Below are positions 20,929 through 29,636 of a stretch of 64,000 nt of DNA, one piece after another (the stretch's first letter is position 1; each line of letters opens with the position of its first letter). Under the pieces are notes generated by a model. That model saw only the letters and a list, made by a program, of their open reading frames with translations, ran no database searches and had not been told where the DNA came from. This stretch comes from an uncultured Gemmatimonadota bacterium (GTDB lineage: Bacteria > SM23-81 > DAOVCL01), in assembly GCA_964626665.1 (NCBI GenBank), contig CAZVGK010000002.1:128163-192162 (forward strand), read 5' to 3'. A program made the translations under genes and the position numbers.

Positions 20929-21816
20929 TTAAGATTTAAGGAACTGTGTTCTTTTGACTTTACCCTCTCCTACCGCCTGGAGATCATAGCTCCCCTTGGG
21001 AGATGACTCATTAAGCTTGAGGGGTATCCCGATGCCCGGGTTCTTCTTCCTGTATAGTTCATGCGATAAGCTATCATACTCCTGCTGCAAGCTATCCAGG
21101 ATAGCTCTCAAGCTATCAGGGATAAGAGTATCAGCGGGGACTACTTCCACTCCGCTGGGGGTAAGCTTTGGAGCGCCAAATAAGGGCTCGACAATTCTAA
21201 ACCCAGGGGGATGCCCACTTGTGTCCTTTGGCACCTTACCCTCCTCAACCTCCTTCAGCTCCTTCTTCAGCTTCTCAATCGCCTTTTTGAGCATCTTCAC
21301 CCTGGGGTCTGGAGCGCCCTTAACCTTGATCTGGATTCCCTTATCACCAAATCCAGAGACGGAATACTTCTTGCCTCCATTAACATAATAACCCTTAACA
21401 TCGAAATAACCATAGCAGAGAAAGCGTTCCCTCTTGACCGGTTTAATCACGATCTCTTGCACAACAGTTTCATCCCTGGCTACAGCCCCGCTCCAAAGGG
21501 TATCCCCGCTTATGACTTCCATTCCTCCTGGTATTTTGAATCTGATAGTTGCCTTTTCTGCCTCCACTCTACCACCAGGTGAACATTCTAATCGAAGGGT
21601 TATCACCTCATTTAAGTCGGGATTTATCTCTGTGGCAAAAAGCTTGATCCTCGGCCCTGTGCTCGAGCCCCACTTAGCAGAATAGGGAAACTTGGGATTG
21701 GTAGTGGTAGTATAAGACTTGGTGGATGTGGACTTAGATGTGTCCACTGTAGCCATAGCTTGCACTAAGAATACCAGTGCAACGAGGACAATCAATAAGC
21801 CTAAAATCCGTTTCAT
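20929..21816 (-). CDS. Secreted protein, second stand-alone paralogue (mosaic)
   Basis: N-half resembles the gene at 19629; C-half identical to the gene at 20706. Confidence 0.8.
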   Translation of the reverse strand: MKRILGLLIVLVALVFLVQAMATVDTSKSTSTKSYTTTTNPKFPYSAKWGSSTGPRIKLFATEINPDLNEVITLRLECSPGGRVEAEKATIRFKIPGGMEVISGDTLWSGAVARDETVVQEIVIKPVKRERFLCYGYFDVKGYYVNGGKKYSVSGFGDKGIQIKVKGAPDPRVKMLKKAIEKLKKELKEVEEGKVPKDTSGHPPGFRIVEPLFGAPKLTPSGVEVVPADTLIPDSLRAILDSLQQEYDSLSHELYRKKNPGIGIPLKLNESSPKGSYDLQAVGEGKVKRTQFLKS

Positions 21817-21836
21817 CTTAAAAACCTCTTTTCTTT

Positions 21837-21899
21837 CTAAAAGGTTAACAGCCCTGGATACTCAAATTGAGTATCCGCTACCCTCCTGAGTTTCTCCAT
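21837..21899 (-). CDS. 20-aa upstream ORF MEKLRRVADTQFEYPGLLTF (copy 3)
   Basis: AAAGGAGG RBS; diverged but same length and frame. Confidence 0.45.
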   Translation of the reverse strand: MEKLRRVADTQFEYPGLLTF

Positions 21900-22017
21900 C
21901 TGCACCTCCTTTCAGTTGGGTTTCCCCCCATACAGCACCGCCTTCCTATATCTAAGCATCAAAAATGGGATTAGTCAAGATGTTTCCAAGCACTGGGAAT
22001 ATAGATAGTATAATCCA

Positions 22018-22179
22018 CTACCAATCATCCAAGTCCTTCCATTTCCCTTCCTCTGAGGCCCTCCTCTCTAGTGCATTGGAGATAAGCCTTTTGATCTTTT
22101 GCCAAAGGCTTTTCTTGGAGGGTTTCTCCTGGTCAAGCTCTAACTTTGGTTTCGGCTTTATCTTAGGATCAGAATTCAT
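22018..22179 (-). CDS. Small basic hypothetical protein (53 aa)
   Basis: ATG at 22179; AGGAGG rather far upstream; no recognisable family. Confidence 0.35.
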   Translation of the reverse strand: MNSDPKIKPKPKLELDQEKPSKKSLWQKIKRLISNALERRASEEGKWKDLDDW

Positions 22180-22241
22180 AGTGAATGTAAGACTCCTCCT
22201 ACAACAAAAGGTGGAAGGTGTATGGTTAAAAGTAATAGGGG

Positions 22242-22416
22242 ACCTGGCGGGTCCCAGACCCCTCAATGAGACCCACCAGGTTGTTGAGACAATGCGAGGG
22301 CAAACCGGAATTCTGCGTGACCAAGCTCATCCGAGGGCACTCCACCTCACAATAGCTCCCCCCTGGGATATAAGGAGGCTATTGGGTCACCTCTACCCTG
22401 CCCTCGCTTGCCTCTT
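22242..22416 (-). ncRNA. Candidate structured non-coding element, copy 2, with extra 3' hairpin
   Basis: Same stems as copy 1 plus ACCUGGUGGGUCUC/GGGACCCGCCAGGU hairpin. Confidence 0.5.
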
Positions 22417-22903
22417 GGTGACAGTTCACCACGGAACCTCACAGGAAAAAAGCAATTAAGAATTAAAAATGAAATTTTCCTGTGCTGGTAGGATGGGAAA
22501 CCCTTAGGGCTGGAAAATGGAAATTTAGTCTGAGCTGGTAGGTGCTCTCATCTGACAGTACCACCACCGAGCCGTCAGAACCCCGATTCTGACGGCAAAG
22601 GTAGATGGCAGAATCAGGGTTTTGCCACCTCATAATCTAACCGCAAAGACGCAAAGAACGCAGAGTTTAACGATCTACGAACTACAATCCTCTTATTCGT
22701 GAAGATTCGTCCATTCGTGCCATTCGTGTTCCTTATTGGAAGGGGTGGCAGGCAAGGGAGAGCCTACGGGGCATCTCCGCTATTTTATGTTTCCCAAAAT
22801 GCTGCTTCCAACCACCAAGCAAGAACAAGGCAGCATCGACCCTCTCCTTGCCCGCCTTTTAAGCCACGGACATAAGCGGAGACATTTACATTTTTATTCA
22901 TGT

Positions 22904-22919
22904 AGCAAAAAGTGTGCCT
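22904..22919 (-). promoter_or_regulatory. sigma54 -24/-12 promoter facing the secreted-protein cluster
   Basis: Minus strand AGGCACACTTTTTGCT, GG-N10-GC. Confidence 0.75.
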
Positions 22920-23033
22920 GAATTGGCCGAAAAAATAAAAAAGCACTTAGCGAACTAAGTGCCTCAAAAACATAGAGATATTCAACTTGTGAAAAGATGG
23001 TTATATCAACTCTTATTAAAACAAAAGCCTATT

Positions 23034-23136
23034 CGTCCATTTTTGGACATCATTTTTTGGGCTTACAGAATATCTGTTTATTTAACAAATAGTTAGGAGC
23101 GACCAAAAAAGAACGCTATTTGACCAAATTTGGACA
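23034..23136. promoter_or_regulatory. Two palindromic UAS-like sites (CGTCCATTTTTGGACA 23034-23049; TGACCAAATTTGGACA 23121-23136)
   Basis: Related 16-bp dyads about 115-215 bp upstream of the -24 box. Confidence 0.6.
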
Positions 23137-23153
23137 CTCATCCAATAGAATCC

Positions 23154-26099
23154 TCACTCGCCTTCGGTATAAATATTGAGCTTTTTCATTTTGTTGTGTA
23201 AGGTAGTGCGTGGAACTCCCAACATGTTTGCCGCTTCAGTAATCTTCCAATTGCTCTTTTCCAAAGCCGTTAAGCACTCCTCTCTCTCCATCAAAGCTAT
23301 CTTCTCAGGAAGGGAACCCCCCTTTGGTGGAAGAACAGATGCTCTTTTCTTGCCAATCTCCACCAGAGATGGTGTTATTATATCCCCATCTGCCAAGGTT
23401 ACAGCCCTGCGGATCAGGTTCTTCACTTCCCGCACATTTCCTGGAAAATCATACTCCATCAGCTTCTCCATGGCCTCTGGGGTCATAATCTTCTTGTGGT
23501 GATTCTCTCGGTTAAATCTCTCCAGAAAATAGTTCACTAATAAAGGCATATCCCCTTTCCTCTGGCGTAAGGGAGGAAGCTCTATGGGAAAACAGTTCAA
23601 CCTGTAGAAAACATCCTCTCTGAATCTCCCTGCATTCACTTCAGCTTGCAAATCCTTGTTGGTGGCTGCAATTACCCTTACATCCACTTTTCTCCACCTG
23701 TTATCACCTCTCCTCTGCATCTCTCCTTCCTCCAATATCCGCAAGAGCTTTACCTGAAGATCAGGCTTCAAAGTGGAGATTTCATCTAAGAAGATACTTC
23801 CCCCATTTGCCTCCTCAAATTTCCCCCTCCGCTCCTGAGTGGCCCCGGTAAAGGCTCCCTTGATATGGCCAAACAGTTCATCCTCTAGCAGTGACTCCGT
23901 TATGCTTGCACAATCCACCGTAACAAATGGCCCCAAAGCCCTCTGGCTGCTATAATGAATCAGCTTGGCTATCAGCTCCTTGCCAGTCCCAGATTTCCCG
24001 GTTAGCAATACCCCCTCCAGCGCGTCTTTTATCTTTTCTACTACCCTGAGAACCTCCTTCATCTTTTTGTCATCGGTTATCAGCCGGGAAAATCCATAGC
24101 TGTCCGCTATCTGATAAGCTTTCAAAACCAGGTTCTCAGCCTCCAAGCCCTCTACCCTTAGCTCGTCAACTACCCTGTGTATATGCTCAGATGCCGCTAC
24201 AAAGAATTGCACATCCTCCTGCCTCCACCCTCCCCGATCAGGCTTTTGGGCCAGATACAGTATCCCATCCAGCCTCTCCTTTAACCCCAGGGGCATAACC
24301 AACAGGGCCCCCACCTTAAGGGAGGAGAACTTCCCATCGGCAGAGAGCTTCACTGTAAGCCTCCCAGGTTCAAAGGAATTGGTAGCCAAAAGATGCAGTA
24401 CCTTCTCAGCTTCTTCCTCCCTCAACTTCACTCTCTCCGCTACCTTTAGACCATCGGTCTCCCTGTAGGCAACAAAGCCCTGATCTGCCCCCACCCTCTC
24501 GGCAATGGTATGAAGGAGGCTTTTTAAATGATTCCTCAACCCAGCCTCAGATGTGGGCTTGAAGGATAGCTCCTTAAGAAGCAGGTAGGGGTTCTCCTCG
24601 GAGTCGGTGGCGCTATCAAGCCGGCTCTCCACCTGAGAGCGGAGCCTTGCCGTCACTTTCAGAGCCTCTTTCTCACCCAACAGAGTCTCAGCTTCGGCTA
24701 TGAAATTTAAAACCTCATCGGAATGGGAGAAGAGGAGCTCAACCCGGGCCATCTCCAGCTTAGCCAAACCACGGTAGTGTCCACATCCAGGCCCCATATC
24801 AGAGAACAAACGATCAGCCTCCTGGAGGAGCTCCAGCCCCCGTTCCCTTTCTTTGAGTGCGGAGGCGGTGAATCTGCCCTGTTCCAATAATGTCCTGCCT
24901 AGTTCGAACCTGTCCTCTATGGACTCCAGAACCCTAACCGCTTTCTGAAAACTTTCCTTGGCTCCATCTAGGTTGCCCTGAGCCTCAAAGATAAGAGCCT
25001 GCACTCTGTAACAACAACCCTCTTCAAACTTATCCCCTAAAGATTGAGAGATCCTGAGGGCTTCTTGAACACATTCTGAGGCTTCATCAAGGCCTTTTCC
25101 CTCAGCTAAGAAAAGCTCTGCCCTTCTCCTCTGCACCTGGTTTATCAAATCCTTCTGCCCCAGCCTTCTCCCTATGTCCAATGTCCTCTGGTAGCAGTCC
25201 CTGGCAAGCCCAAGATCTCCTCTCTCCTTGGCCACATCTGCCAGGGATTCAAGAGACATCGCTTCAGCCCTTTCATAACTGTGGGCTTGACTTAAAGCTA
25301 AGGATTTTTTCAGCAATTCTTCTGAGCCGCCAAGGTCTCTTTGGAGAGCCTTCAGACGTCCAAGGGATATATATCCATGAGCTAAATGAATTGGATCGCT
25401 CATTTTTTTCTTAATCTTAAGACTCCGATTTAAGTAATCCTCTGCCTTTGCCCACCTCCCCGTTTTCCGGTAAAGCATTCCTATATTATTCAAGATAAGG
25501 GCTTCATTCCGCTTGTTTTCCCTTTTTTGAGCAATGCTTAAGCCCTCTTTTAAATTGACAAGAGCCTGTTTATAATCAGAGGTGGCGAAGTCTACATTGG
25601 CAAGGTAGTTATAGACAATCAACATCTCCATTTCATCATCTGCACGACGGAACGTGGATAGGCTATCCTGGAGGAATTTCCTTCCCCGCAAATAATCGCC
25701 CAACTGAGCAAATGCTCGGCCAATGAATTTCTGACAGAGCCCTACAATTTTATGCTGGGCTGTCCCTTTGTAGGATTCATAAATCTTCATGCTGAGATCC
25801 TTGGCCTCTTCATCCCTCCCCATCTCCAGTAATACCCTGGTGAGAAGCAGCCGTGTTCTGGCCAATTCTATCTCATCTCCCAACCGAGCAAAGCTCTCTT
25901 CTGCTTCCCTCGCCTCTTTGAGGGCTGAGTTCAAGTCTCCACTTCTCAGATAACAATAGGCCAACTCCCCCTTAATCTTTGCCTTCTCTTTAGGCTTTGC
26001 CTTCTTAAGGGCCTTTTCGTAAAGCCCTATCGCCTGGGAGAACTTCCCAGAGTCTATGTAATTGGTAGCTGACTTAAGCAGATTCTCAAAGCTATCCAT
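23154..26099 (-). CDS. TPR-repeat / GAF-like / AAA+ sigma54 activator with Fis HTH
   Basis: About 490 aa of TPR-like repeats; GKSGTGKE; GAFTGA; FPGNVRE; LGVPRTTL HTH; no receiver domain. Confidence 0.93.
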   Translation of the reverse strand: MDSFENLLKSATNYIDSGKFSQAIGLYEKALKKAKPKEKAKIKGELAYCYLRSGDLNSALKEAREAEESFARLGDEIELARTRLLLTRVLLEMGRDEEAKDLSMKIYESYKGTAQHKIVGLCQKFIGRAFAQLGDYLRGRKFLQDSLSTFRRADDEMEMLIVYNYLANVDFATSDYKQALVNLKEGLSIAQKRENKRNEALILNNIGMLYRKTGRWAKAEDYLNRSLKIKKKMSDPIHLAHGYISLGRLKALQRDLGGSEELLKKSLALSQAHSYERAEAMSLESLADVAKERGDLGLARDCYQRTLDIGRRLGQKDLINQVQRRRAELFLAEGKGLDEASECVQEALRISQSLGDKFEEGCCYRVQALIFEAQGNLDGAKESFQKAVRVLESIEDRFELGRTLLEQGRFTASALKERERGLELLQEADRLFSDMGPGCGHYRGLAKLEMARVELLFSHSDEVLNFIAEAETLLGEKEALKVTARLRSQVESRLDSATDSEENPYLLLKELSFKPTSEAGLRNHLKSLLHTIAERVGADQGFVAYRETDGLKVAERVKLREEEAEKVLHLLATNSFEPGRLTVKLSADGKFSSLKVGALLVMPLGLKERLDGILYLAQKPDRGGWRQEDVQFFVAASEHIHRVVDELRVEGLEAENLVLKAYQIADSYGFSRLITDDKKMKEVLRVVEKIKDALEGVLLTGKSGTGKELIAKLIHYSSQRALGPFVTVDCASITESLLEDELFGHIKGAFTGATQERRGKFEEANGGSIFLDEISTLKPDLQVKLLRILEEGEMQRRGDNRWRKVDVRVIAATNKDLQAEVNAGRFREDVFYRLNCFPIELPPLRQRKGDMPLLVNYFLERFNRENHHKKIMTPEAMEKLMEYDFPGNVREVKNLIRRAVTLADGDIITPSLVEIGKKRASVLPPKGGSLPEKIALMEREECLTALEKSNWKITEAANMLGVPRTTLHNKMKKLNIYTEGE

Positions 26100-26114
26100 T
26101 ATCTCCCTTTAGAT

Positions 26115-26468
26115 CTATTTGTTGAAGATCATCTGCCAGAGAAAGAGAAGCTTTAGTTTCCAGTTGAGGAATGAATCCCTGTTCTTGGTGGTATTTTGGC
26201 GCTCCCTCTGATAACTGCTTGTCTGAGTCGAACTGCTAAGGGAATGTTTAGTTACAGAATGGTTGGCAGGATCAGATGTTGCCTGGTTGTCTCCTCCCGC
26301 TGATCCTGAACCACCTTTACCTGAATGATACTCCCAATCCCACGGCTCGGCGGCCATAAGCATCCGTCTCTCTTCTTCACTGGCAGATGCCTTTCTCACC
26401 GGCAAAAAGCTAACTATGGAAAGAAGAAAGGCTATAGTCAATAGGATAATACCCAACTTTTTCATCAT
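26115..26468 (-). CDS. Small secreted pro-peptide-like protein
   Basis: Sec signal ending ASA, AEPWDWEYH core, Gly/Ser-rich linker, hydrophobic C-terminal helix; 15 nt upstream of the TPR activator. Confidence 0.75.
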   Translation of the reverse strand: MMKKLGIILLTIAFLLSIVSFLPVRKASASEEERRMLMAAEPWDWEYHSGKGGSGSAGGDNQATSDPANHSVTKHSLSSSTQTSSYQRERQNTTKNRDSFLNWKLKLLFLWQMIFNK

Positions 26469-26517
26469 CAATCACCTCACAGGGGAAATGTTTCCCAGCA
26501 GATTCAAATCAAAACCA

Positions 26518-26546
26518 AATATAACAATCTCAGCCCCCAAAGTCAA
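26518..26546 (-). promoter_or_regulatory. sigma70 promoter for the peptide-activator operon
   Basis: TTGACT-17 nt-TATATT with TGn extended -10. Confidence 0.65.
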
Positions 26547-26930
26547 GGATTTTTTTGAAGGTAACCTGCGTTTGAGGGAGCTTTTGTGTTCTATTGACTG
26601 GGAGCTAAGTTCCATAAATATCCTCGTTTACCCGGACTGTAGGAGTTGATGGGTAGGATTTTGTGTGTAATCCAGGTTAATATCTTCCTCAATGGGATTA
26701 CCGATTCCTTAGATATAATCAGCGGGTAAAAGAGGAACCTGAAATACCTTCTCCGGCTAGTTAGGACATAACTTCTTGATTCATAAAAAGAAAAAGGCAA
26801 TCATTTTCAATTTTAAAAAAAACTTAAAAATAAAACTTGACTTTTAAGCCCCTGTTGAGTTAATATAAGGCTTAATTCTGTGAAAAGAGTTAAGGACAAA
26901 ACCAGAAGCTAAGTAGAAAGGAGGAGAAAG

Positions 26931-28184
26931 TTGAAAGCCAACCTGCGTTTCGATTTCCGGGATGTCTTTAAGTCAGCCAGATTTGGATTGGCCGGAAAGA
27001 AGGTTTGGGTGCAGTTCTGCGGCATTCTCTTTGGCTATATTGTCTATCTTATTTTCAATTATATCGCCTTTCTTTCCAAGGGGATGAATATTGGGGAGAT
27101 TTGGAAATTATTTGGGCTCTTCCCCCTTCCCTTCTTGGGATTCCCTTGGTTTGGTTGGGTGATATTTGGAGTGGGCGCGGCCATAGCGCTAGCTATTTGG
27201 CTTTTGGCCTCCAGCGCTGTGGCCAAGATAACCTATCAGGAGTTGAAGGGTGACGATTTTTACTCCGTAAGCGATTCCCTTGGCTTTGTCAAGAAAAATT
27301 GGAAGCCTGTTCTCCTCTCTCCCCTAACCCTGATAGGTATGATCGTTTTCTTCCTGGCTGTGGGGGCGCTGATTGGACTCATAGCCAAGGTTATTCCCTA
27401 TGTGGGGGAGATTGCCTTCTCCCTGATCTTTGGCATCCCCATAGTGGGGGCTGCCGTATTTACCGTTTTTATGGCCGTAATTTTTCTCTTCTCCCTAATT
27501 TTGGGTCCGGCCATTGTGGCCACTACTGGGGAGGATACCTTCGAAACGGTCATCCAGCTCTTCTCTACCATTTGGAATCAACCCTGGAGGCTGGTTGTTT
27601 ACCAGATTGTCCTTAAGTTCACCGAATTTTTGGCAGTGGGCGTGATGGCCTGGTTTACTGTAAAGGGACTGAGGGTCATCCGTCTCGTTATGGGTTGGTC
27701 TATGGGGGTTAAACTTGATAAGCTTCTTGGCTCGGCAGCGGGACTTTTACCCAAATTCCACTTTCCGATTTTGGGTGAGTCCCAGCTCCTTCCCCATTTC
27801 TCCACCCTCTGGGCCAATTTGGGCAATCCCGGCCCTATGGTCTGGACGATGGATGTTGCTGGCATCATCATCGGAATTACCCTCATCTTAATTGGCTTCT
27901 TTATTTTTGCCTATGGTGGAGCAATACTTAATGCTGGGCAGACCCTCATCTATATCATTTTAAGGTTGAAGAAAGATGAAGAGAACCTCTTAGAGAGGAA
28001 GGAAGAAGAGGAAGAGGAGACGTTTCCAGAGGAAGAAGGGGGGAAAAAGGAAGAGGAGGAAAAGGTAGAGGGCAAAGAGGAGGCAAAGGAGCCAAAGAAG
28101 ACGGAAGGGGAGAAGAAACCGAAGAAAGAAGAGGAAGAAAAGCCAAAGAAGGAGGGGAAAAAGAAAGAAGGGGAGAAGAAGTAA
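26931..28184 (+). CDS. Integral membrane protein with Glu/Lys-rich C-terminal tail
   Basis: Several hydrophobic helices, AAAGGAGG RBS; family not recognised. Confidence 0.8.
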   Translation: MKANLRFDFRDVFKSARFGLAGKKVWVQFCGILFGYIVYLIFNYIAFLSKGMNIGEIWKLFGLFPLPFLGFPWFGWVIFGVGAAIALAIWLLASSAVAKITYQELKGDDFYSVSDSLGFVKKNWKPVLLSPLTLIGMIVFFLAVGALIGLIAKVIPYVGEIAFSLIFGIPIVGAAVFTVFMAVIFLFSLILGPAIVATTGEDTFETVIQLFSTIWNQPWRLVVYQIVLKFTEFLAVGVMAWFTVKGLRVIRLVMGWSMGVKLDKLLGSAAGLLPKFHFPILGESQLLPHFSTLWANLGNPGPMVWTMDVAGIIIGITLILIGFFIFAYGGAILNAGQTLIYIILRLKKDEENLLERKEEEEEETFPEEEGGKKEEEEKVEGKEEAKEPKKTEGEKKPKKEEEEKPKKEGKKKEGEKK

Positions 28185-28206
28185 AGCCTCTCAGATCTTT
28201 TCTTTT

Positions 28207-28247
28207 AAGCCATCGAATTCCCTCAAGGGTTCGGTGGCTTTAATTTT
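28207..28247 (+). terminator. Intrinsic terminator
   Basis: AAGCCATCGAA...TTCGGTGGCTT followed by a T-rich tail. Confidence 0.65.
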
Positions 28248-28399
28248 AGGTGATAATTCACCACGGACTGACCAAAAAATGGTCAATGGTCAATGAACAA
28301 TTATCAATGGAAAATGAAGTCTTCGCCTTTATCCCATTTTAACCTGCTAATTGTTTAGTTGACCATTCCGTGCTAAACCAATCTCAGAAGGGGGATGGT

Positions 28400-29386
28400 G
28401 TGAAGTTATATAGGTTGAGACGGGATGAACCAGATTTGTTAGAGGGGAAGAGGATAGCCATCATTGGCTATGGGAACCAGGGTCGGGCCCAGGCCCTCAA
28501 CCTGAGAGATGGGGGTAAGGATGTGAAAATAGGGCTTTATCCGGGGAGCCCATCCTGGAATAAGGCGAAAAGAGATGGTTTTCAGGTCCTTAAGGACGAG
28601 GAGGCCACGGAGTGGGCGGATTTGATCTGCCTTCTTCTTCCTGATGAAAAGCAACCTCAGGTCTTCCAAGAGGTTATCAGGCCTCATCTGCAGAAGGGTC
28701 AGGCCATCCTCTTTGCCCATGGTTTCTCCTTCCATTTTGGCCTCATCTCCCCCTTAGAGGGGGTTGACCTGATTATGGTTGCCCCCAAAGGACCTGGTCA
28801 ACTGCTCAGGGAGGCCTTTACAATGGGGAAGAGTCTTCCCTGTTTGGTGGCCATTGGGAGGGACTACTCTGGAGAGGCCAAGCCCTTAGCCCTCTCCTAT
28901 GCTCAGGGAATAGGGGGCCAAGAAGTAACCATTGTAGAGACGACATTTGAGGAGGAGACGGTCACAGATCTTTTTGGTGAGCAGGTAGTTCTCTGTGGAG
29001 GATTGGTAGAACTGGCCAGAGCTGCGGTGGAGGTACTCGTTGAGGCCGGTTTCTCCCCGGAAAATGCTTATTTTGAATGCGTCTATGAATTGGGTTTCAT
29101 CATTGACCTTCTTTTAAGGTATGGATTGGTGGGGATGAGGAAAAGGATAAGCAACTTGGCGGAGTATGGGGCTTACTTAACCGGTCCCAGAATAATAGAT
29201 GAAGGGATTAAGAATAGGATGAGAGCTGTTCTTACCGAGATAAGGAAAGGCGAGTTCGCTCGTAGATGGATGGAAGAGGACAAAAACAAGAAAAAGGAAT
29301 ACCTTCTTATGAGAGAAAAGGAAAAGAAAAACCTCCTCAATAGGATTTGGAAGAGGCTCTCACCTTTTATAAAAAGGAGGGCATAA
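28400..29386 (+). CDS. ilvC: Ketol-acid reductoisomerase
   Basis: IIGYGNQGRAQALNLRD, FAHGF, VAPKGPG, DLFGEQVVLCGG; start uncertain. Confidence 0.95.
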   Translation: MKLYRLRRDEPDLLEGKRIAIIGYGNQGRAQALNLRDGGKDVKIGLYPGSPSWNKAKRDGFQVLKDEEATEWADLICLLLPDEKQPQVFQEVIRPHLQKGQAILFAHGFSFHFGLISPLEGVDLIMVAPKGPGQLLREAFTMGKSLPCLVAIGRDYSGEAKPLALSYAQGIGGQEVTIVETTFEEETVTDLFGEQVVLCGGLVELARAAVEVLVEAGFSPENAYFECVYELGFIIDLLLRYGLVGMRKRISNLAEYGAYLTGPRIIDEGIKNRMRAVLTEIRKGEFARRWMEEDKNKKKEYLLMREKEKKNLLNRIWKRLSPFIKRRA

Positions 29387-29636
29387 GTTCTGAGAAAACT
29401 CTCTCCACCACAAACTGTAAAGGGTTTTTACAGCCACCTTCGGCATTTTGTCCTTGCTATTTCCGCAAAGCGGAAGGTCACGGCAAGTTGCCTCAGCCTC
29501 CGGGGGCAACCTTCATTGGAGAATTGTTAAAGGTTTTTCAGAATTACACCCTCCATCCTAAGTTTAACAAAAAAACCATCGAAAAGCAAGCACTTTTTTT
29601 AGTCTGAGGGGAAAATCTAGCTAAATTTGTCTTCCC

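Larger units (their letters stand above)
19633..21267. repeat. Tandem duplication, 1077-bp period: about 19633-20190 near-identical to about 20710-21267
   Basis: Leader, intergenic spacer and 3' half of the gene repeated almost verbatim. Confidence 0.9.

Noticed and set aside
26115-26468. WDW core as a darobactin-like RiPP precursor modified by the radical SAM at 14522
   Set aside because: That enzyme is a B12-binding family member with no SPASM/RRE features, lies 10 kb away, and the peptide has a Sec signal.
27985-28184. GAA/AAG-rich repeat
   Set aside because: Low-complexity coding tail (Glu/Lys), not a separate element.
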